A DNA stretch of 63,318 nucleotides, counting the filler, from Jimgerdemannia flammicorona (Eukaryota), in assembly GCA_003990765.1 (NCBI GenBank). It is 3 parts of 3 records of this genome, joined end to end, with 100 filler letters (N's around TTAATTAATTAA, not from the genome) between each part and the next. Parts side by side here need not be neighbours in the genome. Positions count along the whole stretch, not along the records: positions 21,149 to 42,194 come from RBNJ01001545.1; positions 42,295 to 63,318 come from RBNJ01001546.1; 1 more part is not named here. The stretch is one strand, 5' to 3'. Shown here one piece after another: positions 39,174 through 50,032 of the stretch. The notes under the pieces were generated by a model that saw nothing but the letters and a program-made list of their open reading frames with translations, ran no database searches and was not told the origin of the DNA. The position numbers and the translations under genes are program-made. Positions within the stretch are counted from its first letter, which is position 1. The number at the start of each line of letters is the position of its first letter.

Positions 39174-40400
39174 TTAAGAGTGAGAGGCCTTCCCCTTCCC
39201 TCTGACTTTTTTTGAAGGTGGCGAATCCATTGAATGGGAGCACACCCCATTAGAGTGCCAGACCTTGCAGCCACAGGCTTTCATATAGCCCTTACATTCA
39301 GTGGCACAGGTGGAGGAGGTGGAGAAGGAACCGGCAGAGGAGGAGGCTAAAGGTGAGCAAGTGGCTGAAGGGGCAGCAGAGCAAGGAACACCACCATGAG
39401 GACAGATGGACTTGGCCGGGTGCCAGTAGGTATGGTAGAGGTGATCAGAGCAGACAGCACAAGGCCAGGCCCCGATGGGACGAGAACTATTGGCAGTCAT
39501 ACTTGGGGGCAGGGGGAATGGAGGAGGAAGCCTTGGCAGGGGAGAGAGACTGGGAAGAGGCTGATGAAGTCTGGTTGAGCTTGGCAGAGGTCTTGGCAGG
39601 GGTCTTGGAGGGAGCCTTAGCAGTGGTGGCAGTGAAGGAACAGACCTCAGCATGGGCAGCAGTATGAGCTTTGGCATGAATGGCCTTGGAGACCAAAACC
39701 TCAGGGAAGGCAGACAGGAGAGTAGTGGTGGCAGCGCAAGCAGCAGCGGTAGCATGTGATGTCTCCTGCTCATGAAGGTGAGAGACAAAAGAAGTGCCAG
39801 CAAGGAGGAAGTAACATACAGCATCAATATCGGTGGTGACAGAAGGAACCTCATAGATAGCAAAGCCACAGAAGAGGGCAGCATCCAAAAGGTGGGAGGA
39901 GGTGAAGGCCACAAAGGTGGCACAGGCATGGTGGAAGGAGGCGGAAGTGGTGGTGGCAGAAACAGAAGCAGCATCAGCAGCGGCAAGCTTGGTGGTGGTA
40001 GTAGTGGTATGAATCTCTTCAGAGAGAGCTTGGCAGCAGGCTTCAGGGAGAACAGAGTAATGAATAGTGGGCGGAGTGATGATGTCAACATCATGGCAGA
40101 GACAAGCCTCCTTGGCAGAGAGAGCAAGAACCGACTGGAACTAGAGAGGAGCGGATGACCAGAAGGACGAAGGTCCAGGGGGAGGGAAAGGATAGCAGAT
40201 GAGATGTAGGTCTCAAATGAGACAGTGGCAGGGGTGAAGGCAGGGGGAGGAGGAGGAAGAACCTTGTCCATGAGCTCATCGATGAGGATGGAGGCCCCGA
40301 AGGCAGGCAGTACAGCAGAGGAGGAAGAAGGCCCAGTGGGAGCCAGGGGAGCAAACCCAGAACCAGTGGCAAAGTAAACAGAAGATATGTGGAAAAGCAT
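39174..40400 (-). pseudogene. PLE ORF1 (Pro/Ser/Ala-rich, C-terminal Cys/His clusters), probably frameshifted or intron-containing
   Basis: 408-codon frame starting inside the pLTR, with motifs CAVCSDHLYHTYWHPAKSICPH and CGCKVWHSNGVCSH. The overlapping frame 39487-39912 is more protein-like centrally. Confidence 0.6.
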
Positions 40401-40817
40401 GTATAAGGAGAATGAACAAGGAATATAACTGAAAATGCATCAGCCATTTATTGCCATGTAAAAATGCAGTCCTTATATACAAAATATGACATCCCAAAAG
40501 GGAGGATACACCACAACTCGGGGTGAACTGAATTAGAAACCACATGACCACTGAAGATAAGCAGAAATAAAGGGAGAGCCAATCCCAGTTACAGGATAAA
40601 AATCACAAACAAACACAAATAAAACAAATCCAAATCAAGATTAAAAAACATCTGCAGACCCCAGAGGGGTGAGCATGAGCAAGGGATGAGGCCAAAATGG
40701 AGTGAGCTGCAGCAAGCCTGAGCAAAGCAAGAGGCTGAAGGCAGCGGAGGGGAGCAGAGTAAGGCTGAGACCCCAGAGCGAGCACAAGACCCCAGAGGGG
40801 GCAAGGATGTTTTTTAA
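40318..40817 (-). repeat. PLE 5' pLTR including hairpin cassette copy B (40641-40817)
   Basis: Direct repeat of 27415-27449 plus 36739-37207. Overlaps the ORF1 start. Confidence 0.88.
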
Positions 40818-41798
40818 TCTCAATTTGGATTTATTTTGTTTGTGTTTATTTGTGATTTTTATCCTGCAACTGAGATTGGCTCTCTCTTTATCTCTGCTTA
40901 TCTCTGGCAGTCATGTAGTTCCTAATTTGGTTCGCCCCGAGTTGTGGTGTATCCTCCCTTTTGGGATGTCATATTTTGTATATAAGGACCATGTTTTTAT
41001 ATGACAATAAACGGCTGATGCATTTTCGGTTATATTCTTTGTTCATCCCCCTTATATACACTTTTCTACATATCTTCCATTTGCTTTGACACTGGTTCTG
41101 AGTTCGCTCCCCTAGCTCTTGCTGGGCCTTCTTCCTCCTCTTTTAATCTTGATTTCGATTTGTTTTATTTGTGTTTGTTTGTGATTTTTATCCTACAACT
41201 GGGATTGGCTCTCCCTTTATCTCTGCTTATCTCTGGCAGTCATGTGGTTTCTAATTCGGTTTGCCCCAAGTTGTGGCATGTCCTCATCATATTTTGTATA
41301 TAAGGACTGCATTTTTACATGGTAATAAATGGCTGATGTATTTTCAGTTACATACATTCTTTGTTCATCCCCCTTATATATGTTTTTCCACATATCTTCC
41401 ATTCAATTTAACACTGGTTCTGGGTTCACTCCCCTGGCTCTTGCTGGGCCTTCTTCCTCCTCTTTTTAATCTCGATTTGGATTTGTTTTATTTGTATTTG
41501 TTTGTGATTTTTATCCTGCAACTGGGATTGGCTCTCTCTTTATCTCCACTTATCTCCGGCAGTCATGTGGTTTCTAATTTGGTTCACCCTGAGTTGTGGC
41601 ACATCCTCCCTTTGGGACATTATATTTTGTATATAAGGACTGCGTTTTTATGTGGCAATAAACAGCTGATGCATTTTTGGTTACATTCTTTGTTCATCCC
41701 CCTTATACATGCTTTTCTACATAACTTCCATTCACTTTGACACTGGTTCTGGGTTTGCTCTCCTGACTCCCACTGGGCCTTCTTCCTTCTCTTCTTAA
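40818..41798 (+). repeat. Three tandem inverted copies (~325 bp) of the pLTR body
   Basis: Units 40818-41146, 41147-41469 and 41470-41798 are each the reverse complement of 40318-40640, joined by TTTTAA. Confidence 0.92.
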
Positions 41799-41989
41799 CC
41801 TTCTAAGGGCTTGAACCACTCAGAGAGAACTAAGCCACACAAACACCTTTCAGTGAAAGACAACATGTTTACAAGTTTTTATTTCGAAAAAACTAGTGTA
41901 CATCATGTGGCAAGAGTCTATCTATAAGGAATAACAAGTTTCAGAGAAAACTGTTGAGTTTTGGCAATATAACTAGTCAAAGTTCCTCT

Positions 41990-42194
41990 AGCTCTGAGTG
42001 TCTGGAGAGAAGGAGGCCAGGTCTGGGGATTCTCAAGAGCTTTGCAGCTGTTACAGGGGTTGATATAGCAGCAGGAATGGTGGAGTAGAAGGTTGGCATA
42101 CTATGGTTGGGGGCAGGAGGGTGGCAGCCAGGCCCTTGGGGGTAGGGCAGGGGGGGTATAGTATTGACAGTCAGGTAGCTGGAAGAGGACAGGG
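41990..42194 (+). mobile_element. Probable LINE 3' fragment
   Basis: G-rich, CpG-free composition like the LINE ORF2 ends at 26700-26800 and 63100-63318. No diagnostic motif. Confidence 0.35.
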
Positions 42195-42294
42195 NNNNNN
42201 NNNNNNNNNNNNNNNNNNNNNNNNNNNNNNNNNNNNNNTTAATTAATTAANNNNNNNNNNNNNNNNNNNNNNNNNNNNNNNNNNNNNNNNNNNN
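42195..42294. other. Assembly gap with artificial six-frame-stop linker
   Basis: N44-TTAATTAATTAA-N44. Confidence 0.97.
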
Positions 42295-42582
42295 CCACCC
42301 CTCAGCGTGTCCGCAAAGCTCCTCCCCTGCTTCCCTCCAGCCCCCCCACCAGTGCCACTACCACTGCCTGAGCCACCCTGCCCACTCGAGCCCCCGAAGG
42401 ACCCCATCCCCAAACCATACCCTCTCCTGACAGTCTGCCAGTCGAAGGCCCCAGTTCCACCCGACCCAGTATGCGCGTCGGCTTGCTTGCTGGATGACAT
42501 TGCCTTAGTATCTTTTCTCCAATAAATGCTTCGAAAGTGTGTTGAAAAGTGTGTGTAACGTGAATTGTAGTGGAGAGAGATG
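42295..42582 (-). mobile_element. 5' end of a young LINE (5'UTR and ORF1 start) inserted in the Gypsy-3 3' LTR
   Basis: MSSSKQADAHTGSGGTGAFDWQTVRRGYGLGMGSF...SFAD matches 52712+ (MSLSKS..AFSWQHVGRGYGLGMGAF..SFAD). 5' terminus CATCTCTCTCCACTACAATTCACG versus CATCTTTCTCCTGTACAATTCATG at 52631. CpG intact. Confidence 0.88.
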
Positions 42583-43512
42583 GCTGTTATGAATTGTGAA
42601 TTGTTATAAGTTCATCAGCAAGGTTGGCAGTGTGATCAGAGTTGGCAGAGATCCTTGGCTAGAGGTCATGTCAGCATCAGAGAGATCATTATCTTCTGCT
42701 TTGTCTTCATTGAAGTGGATTATATTGTAGATGTCCTTCATAGCATATCCAACTTGGGGCATTTGCAGGATATGATCATTGGGGTGTGGGAAGGTTCTGT
42801 CTGTGGTATCAATGTACTCGAGGTACTTGTGGTTGAGTTCTTATATCATGTCATCAATTTGGCCATAGGACAGGGTAGCAACCATTTCAGCTGTGGTAAC
42901 TCAGAGGTGGGGAATAACAGTACTATACTCATAGAAGAGTTCTCGATGTTTGCAGATGAGCTTCTGGTGTTGAGATATCTGGATAATGTCTGTATCATGG
43001 TAGTGTTTGATCATATCTTCCAGGAGGCAGTCGATCTGGTAGTAGCTTGAGATTTGTCCGATTCGGTGGGTCTCGCTAAGTATGTTCAGAGCATTCCATC
43101 AGGCTTCCACGAAGTAGAGGGGTACTAGGCTATGGATATTCATGAGAAGCAGAGGGGGTGTGGCTCAGTTGACAATGGCATTCCAAATGTCAGTATGGAT
43201 ACAGGTATAGATCTCAGTGGTCATGTTTGTGTGTTTGGAAGTTGTAATTGTTGTTTGTTTTGGTTCTCTGATTTGACATGTCTCGGTGCTCGGTATATAT
43301 ACATTTGGTCCTGATTGGTAAGATTCTGTTTGTATGAGTCTTGTGTTCTGTGACTTTGTATTGACTCAGCTTTGTGCACTGTGACTTCGGTTTAACTCAG
43401 CTTCATGATCAAGCAGGTGATTTCCAGATTTGTTCGGAGGTTGTGTGTGATTTCAGTGGCTTGTTCAGAGGGTGATGTGTAATTTTGGTGGCTTAGAGGT
43501 TGTGTGCTTACA
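42583..43512 (-). repeat. Gypsy-3 3' LTR (U3 part; remainder lost beyond the LINE and gap)
   Basis: Direct repeat of ~51176-52068. Confidence 0.93.
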
Positions 43513-46500
43513 ACTCTCCCCTTCTTAGCTTTTGACGTCCTCGTCGGGGCCTTCTAATTTTGTTCTAGTATTGTTACACCATTTGGGAGGTCAAAAGTCT
43601 GGTGAAGTCTATTTTTTTCAGAAAGTGACATACTCATAGTACAGTTGCCTAATGCATTGGGTTCATACATTAAAGGGTCATATGTTCAATGCTGTGTGCC
43701 AGAAGTGATTCTGATGTCATTCACTGCTGGAGAATTTCCTCTAAGGAATCTTCTTAAATGTCTATGCCTTGTTTCCCACCAGTGGTACAGGGAGAATAGG
43801 CTTGCTTTCAGTATTGCTATTTTTCCAGAGGGTTGGTATTCTTGTCTTATTTTGCTGAGTTTTTGATTTGGTTTGCAATAATTATAATGTTTGGAAGGAT
43901 AATATATAGTATGTACGGATAGGTGCAGAGTATTTGGTTTTAGTTGTTTAAGAAATCATATTCCTGAACTAGGTCGGTAGCAATCTGGAGATTGGTCTTG
44001 GGTTCCCAGGTTGCATCGTAAATCGGGTAACCTTTCTATTTGACAAGATACTCAGGGTGGCTCTTGTTACCACATTTATTGAGGTTTTGTTCAACTTCGT
44101 ACTCTTCTTGATCATTAATAATGACAGGTACAGATGGTTTGGTGGTTCGGTTTGGAAATAGCTCATCATCATTCTCATTGTATTGCTTGAGACATTGGAC
44201 ATTAAAGACTGGGTGAATCTTAATGGTGTCTGGTAGCGCCAGTTTGTAGGAGGTAGGAGAGACTTGTGCAATGACTTCAAATGGTCCAATGAACTTGCTG
44301 TTCAGCTTTGTAGATGGTCTGTGCTTGAGGTTGTCAACTTGGTATCCTCTGATGTCCAGTAGAACTTTTTCTCCAATATCAAAAGTTTCTTCTCGGCAGT
44401 GTTGGTTAACATACTGTGACTGTTGTTCTTGAGCTCATGATAAATTATCGATAGCAATCTGGCTTAAATTGCACATTCGGAGTAAGAATTCTTCAACAGC
44501 TTCAACTGTGGAGAGTTCTTCAGTGGTTCAGATAAGTGTCAAAGGGGTGTTTGGGTTTTGTCCAGTGTTGGCGAAGAATGGGATCATTTTGAGAGAGGCT
44601 TGCTTGCTATTGTTATAGGCAAACTCAACTGCAGTGAGGTGTTCATGCCAATCATCTTGTCTGTAGGAAATATAGTTCCTTAGCATTGGTTCTAGAGTTC
44701 GGTTCATTCTTTCAGTTTGGCCATCAGTTTCTGGATAAAAGGCTGTGGATAGTGCAAGTTTTGTTCCAAGGTGTACATGGAGGGCTTTCCAAAAATGGCT
44801 GGTGAATTTCGGGTCTTGGTCGCTAACTATGATCTTAGGAAGACCATGATAGCAGAAGATGTTGTCAAATAAGAGTATAGCTATGTCTGGTGCTGTTGCA
44901 GTAGTGGTAGTAGGCACAAAGTAGGCTTGTTTGCTGAGATAGTCCACAAAGACAATAATTGCATTGTTCCCATTCTTGGTTCGGGGTAGTTGTACAATAA
45001 AGTCCATAGAGATTTGTTCCCAATTAGCAAATGGTACTGGGATAGGGTGAAGTAAGCTGGGTTTTGCTAGTGTTGAGGACTTGTTTCATTGGCAGGCATT
45101 ATAGGAAGTGATGTAGGTTTTGAGCTGATCTGCCATGCAGGGCCAATAGAAGTTTCAGGAGATAACTTCATAGCATTTGTCGAATCCTAAATGTCTAGCT
45201 GTAGGTGCATCATGACATTCAAATAGGATAGTTCTTCAGAGGTCTCGGTTGTTTGGAACATACAGTCTGTCCTTATAGTAGATAGCATTGTCCTTTAGTT
45301 GGTATTGGTGATACTGTGTATACTTGTCAACATCATCACTATTCAGAATTTCTCACAGTATTTGAGCTTCCTTATCATCGGCACATGCTGCAATAATTTG
45401 CTCCATGATAGTGTTGATAACCAAGGTGAGAGTTTGGATAACTTCTTCAATTGGTGGTCTGAAGATTGTATTGGCAACAATATTTTCCTTGCCAGGGCAA
45501 TACTGGATTTCATAGTCAAAGTTGATAAGGACTTTCATCCATCTGGCTTGCTTTCGAGAAAGGGTAGTCTGTGTCTTGATGTTGACTAATGATTTGTGGT
45601 CAGTCAATACAGTGAAGTGTGCTCCTTCTAGATATGGTTGCTATTTGATCAGAGTGTTTACAATGGCTAGCATTTCCTTCTCATGAGTTGCATAGTTAAT
45701 TTCAGCATCATTGAACTTGTGAGAGTGATAGGCCACAGGGTGTCCTTCCTGCATGAGTACTGCTCCAAGGGCTAGGTCAGAGGTATCAGTAGTGACTTCA
45801 TATGGTAGGGCAGGATTTGCTGCTTGAAGTACCGAAGTGGTTATCAAGGCATCTTTTAATGCTTAAAAGGCTGTATCTTGTTCAGGTCCCCAATTCACAA
45901 GATTGTTGAAGTCTTTTTCTTATTTCGTGGTCCAGGGCTGTTCTTCTTTCTTGCTATGCTTGGTCATTTGGGTGAGAGCGGTAGCAATTCTAGCAAAGTT
46001 GGCAACAAATTGCCTGTAATAGTTTGCTAATCCCAGGAATAACTAGAGGTCTTTCAGCTTCTTGAGTCTGGGCTAATCTTTAATTGCAGAGATTTTGCTG
46101 GGGTCCACTTTAATTCCATTTAGAGTAACAATATGTCCAAGGAATTGAATTTCTTTTAGGAGAAATTCACACTTGCTGAGTTTTGCAAAGAGTCGGTTTT
46201 CTTGGAGTTTCAGTAGTACTAGTTCAAGGTGTTCGAGATGTTCCTCCAGGGTTTTGCTGAAGACTAGAATGTTGTCAATATAGATAACAACGAATTTGTC
46301 CAGGTATGGATGTAGGATAGTATTCATCAGGGTCTGGAAGGTTGCAGGAGTATCAGTTAAGCCAAAGGGCATAACCAGGAACTCAAAGTGTCCATAGTGA
46401 GTTCAGAAGGCTGTCTTGTAGATGTCTTCTTCTTTCATGGCGATTTGCCAGTAACCATTTTACAGGTCAAAGGAGCTCATGAATTGTGGGTTGGTAAGTC

Positions 46501-47597
46501 TATCGAATATTTCATCAATCCTCAGTAGTGGGCAACAGTTCTTGATGGTCTGTTCATTGAGATCGCGTAGTCAATGCACATTCGCAGGTCTCCTCCTTTC
46601 TTAACAACAAATAGGACTGGTCACCATAAGGTGATATGCTGGGTCTGATGAATCCTTATTCTAGGAGTTTGTCAATTTCTTTCTTGAGTGCATCGATTTC
46701 TCTTGGAGACATATGGTAGATTGACTTGAAGGCTGGTTTGGCATCTGGGATAGTCTTGATTGCATAGTCTACTGCTCATTTGGGAGGTAGGCCTTTTGGA
46801 AGCTTTTATAGGAATATGTCTCGAAATTTCTGGAGTAGTGGTCTGACATGACTGTCAACTTTGGAAAAATCTTCTTCAGAGTTCTCAGGTTCTCCTTTGG
46901 ATGGATGGATGGAGATGGCGAAGAGAGGGCATTTCTTGGCCAATTTCTTAAGTTGTAGCTTATTGATGTGGGTGATCTTTGGTCCAGGGTCACTAGAATT
47001 AAGTGGGTCCTTTTTACCTTGCAGTTTGAAGTTGTGGCATCCTTTCTTGATGGTCTGAGAATGGTTTACCCAATCAATCATAGGGTTCTCTTATTTTAAC
47101 CATAGAGTCCCAAGGATAATTTCATTGTCAGAAAGTGGTACGATTTGGAGGGTGATATGTACTCGATAGTTGCCAATTCGGAAAGGTAGATTGTGGACTT
47201 TCTTGCTAATAACATGTGAGATTCCATCAGCTGTAGCAACTGCTTGAGTTTGTTGTACCGGAGAGGTGAAGACCTTAAGTCTGTTGGCTGTCTCTTCACT
47301 GATGAAGTTGCCTGAGGCACCACTGTCTATCATAATCTTGACAGATGCTCAGTTGATAAAAGCCTTAAGTGTGAGCAGTTTGTCTGATCCAATGGTGGTG
47401 ATTTCAGTTATAGGAGCTTTCCTTCTATTGGTTCTTCTTTATCCCAGTTCATTGACATAAGAGAAGTAATCATCAATCATTTGGGATGAGTACATTCCAA
47501 TGCCATGGAGATATTGGCCACTTGGTATATATCCATCTTCGATCTTCTCATAGAATTATTCTTCTTTGCTCATAGTAGGTTGGGCTGGGGCCTTGTT

Positions 47598-48010
47598 CGA
47601 TGAGCCAAATCCTTTGGATCCTCTGATAGTAGATAGTAGTTCAGGGACTTCCTTGACTATCAGGGTTGACTCAATTTTTTCAAATAGAATCTGGGCAATG
47701 CAGAAACCTATAGAGATCTTGAAGGGTGTCCAACTATGGTTTTGGATGAGGACAATAATTTTGCCTGTATAATCCTCATCAATGACTCCTTCTTCTACTA
47801 AGAGTTCTTTCAATGCTAAGCTGCTGCAACAGCATATTCTTCTAACATATCCTTCAGGGATTTGGATACTGATTCCTATATAGACTTGTTTGACTTCTCA
47901 GTTGGAAACTGTAGCTTCTTTGGCTACATACAGGTCATATCCAGCTGCTTTTTGACTTCCTTTGATTGGGGCCTTAGCAGTTTGTCTTAACTTGACAAAG
48001 TCCAGCATTC
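47598..48010 (-). pseudogene. Gypsy-3 dUTPase
   Basis: AAGYDLY, IGISIQIPEG, SSLAL, GVIDEDYTGKI, IAQILF, RGSKGFGSS. Confidence 0.92.
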
Positions 48011-50032
48011 TGGTGGTCAGGTTGTTGAGGTGGTGCAGAGTGGTAACAGTTGCTCATGTTGCTGTTCGGGGTTTTTGGTTAGGGCAGGCACTGGCCATGT
48101 GTTCTGTCTTTCGGCAATAGAAGCATGCTCCACTTCTTCAAAGTTCATTCCTTTCGCCTTCAGTAAGTTTCTTGAAGGTACTTGGCTGGATGGGTTCATG
48201 ATTTCTGGGTGTCCAAGAGGTGGATGTAGAGGGAGCTTGGGATGCTTCATGCTTGGGTTCTTCTTTTTTGGTCCAAGTCTTTTCCTTGTTGTTGAATTGT
48301 CTTCAGGGCAGAATTGGTCCAGCTGTTAGGATTTGCTTGACCATAGTCTTAATTCTTGCCAGACACCATTATTGGTGATCACAACCAACTGGTCAGCCTT
48401 GTTCTCGAATTTTTCTAGTAAGCCATTCAGGCAGGGCATCAAATAAATGGTCTGCTCTTGTACCATTTCGTGCTTTATCATTGGCAATATATCCTAGGCC
48501 AACAGTGTTCAGGAGTGACTCAAGTTTTGTACAGAAGGGTTTGAATTCTTCTTTGCCATGTACATTGAATTTGAGGTTGTGGAGTTTTACTCAGGATTCA
48601 GCAATCATGGTTTCACTGCAGTATTGGGCAATAATGAGTTGTTTGAGTCCAGGGGCTGTGGGATGGGCTCCATATCCTGGGGCATTGTTTGCTGCATTCT
48701 GAGCAACTACTACAGGTCAGATATCCCATGTGAGGGGTTTTTCAGGAAGGGTTCACCACCATTCTTTGGTAGGTCCTTGGAAGAATGTAACAACTTGGTG
48801 GACATAGGCTGTAGTGGTAGCAAAGAGTTGTTCCAGAGTGTGGTCTTGATTGTTTGTCAGAACATGGTTGGCAACTCACTCATTGGTCCATTGATTGGCT
48901 TCAAAGTTGGTATCAACTACACTAATGAAGCTTTGGACTTCTTGTGCAGTACCATTAAAGGTAGGTAGGCTCAGATTTTTGGTAGGTTGGTTCTGTTCAG
49001 CTAAGGCAGTAATGGTTGCTGCCATTATGGCTACCTGGGCTGTGAGGTCTAGAATCTGTTGGTTCACCATGTTGTTTACTGGAGGCAGTTGGACTGCTGG
49101 TAGTAGTGTTACTGGTACTACTTGAGGTACTGGTGCAGTGTGTGATGGGGTTCTTTGGGTCTGTGTAAGTTGCTGGAGTAGTAGTTGTAGGTCTGGAGTG
49201 AGGGCTTGATAGATAACTGTTTGTTGCTATGTAGGTGTATTCTGTCCTGATGGAGGTACTTCTCCTTCAGTGGTATATCCGGGATCGAATTCACTGAGAT
49301 ACTCCTCCTCCTCTTCAGTTTGGTCCCCATGTAATTGGGTTTGCTCAGCATCAAAGTAGACAGAATCAGTTGTATATCTGATTTCAGATGGACTTAATTC
49401 AAAGTCAAGTTCAGGTTCGGTATTGGTTTCAGATTCAGGTAGGGCTGTAGTAGGGCCTGCTTCAGGTTCAGGGTCAGGTAGTTGATGAAGGGTTTCTCTT
49501 GCTTCTTCTTTAAGAATATGGTGGGCATTGCTGTTCTGGAATCAGTAGTATAATGTGGTCTTGGTCCTGGTACAGTGAAAATCGGTAGAGTTGAGCCACT
49601 TGGCTACAGAGGCTTGGGCTTTATGAGAAACTAAGGCTAGAAAGACTGCTGCTGGTTGTCCTAGATTGCTTGGATTTGTGGAGCTGACAAAACTCTTGTT
49701 GAGAAGAGTAAAGAAGGCTTCAATAAGACCTTCTTCATCATGACTTACTGGGTATAGTGCAAGGAGTTCAGTAAATAGGGTTTTGCCTATTTGCTGGTTT
49801 AACCAGAGTACTTCTTTCTTTGAATGAAGTTTGTCCCACTTGTTGTAGGTGTGGAGGTCAAATTGTCCTTGTATGTCAGGTTCAATTCTCTCCAGATTGT
49901 CAGATTGTTCAGGATAAATTCCAGTTCAGAGGTTGGGCTTTATACCAACTTATAGGAATTCTCAGAAGAGTTTGTGGCAGGATGAGGAAGTGTCTTGAAG
50001 TGGAATTGGATTGTAAACCACTGCTACTAAGT

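Larger units (their letters stand above)
27415..41798 (-). mobile_element. Endonuclease-less Penelope-like element (Coprina/Athena-like); 3' pLTR split by Gypsy-2 (27450-36733)
   Basis: PLE-type RT, an upstream ORF1, direct pLTRs (27415-27449 plus 36739-37207; 40318-40817), and three inverted tandem pLTR copies (40818-41798). No GIY-YIG motif seen after the RT. Confidence 0.85.

Noticed and set aside
40683..40700. Hammerhead-like GAYGAGGCCGAAA in the pLTR cassette, and CTGAAGA..GAAA at ~40551
   Set aside because: The first lacks the CUGA start in both copies and is antisense to the RT. The second is not conserved in the other pLTR copies. No supportable ribozyme, although many PLEs have one.
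40818..41798. CRISPR-like or satellite array
   Set aside because: Units are ~325-bp whole pLTR copies with no repeat-spacer structure, in a eukaryotic context.
41795..41810. TAACC / TAAGGG at the PLE right end as a telomeric seed
   Set aside because: Only 5-6 nt and absent at the other terminus, so it is at chance level.
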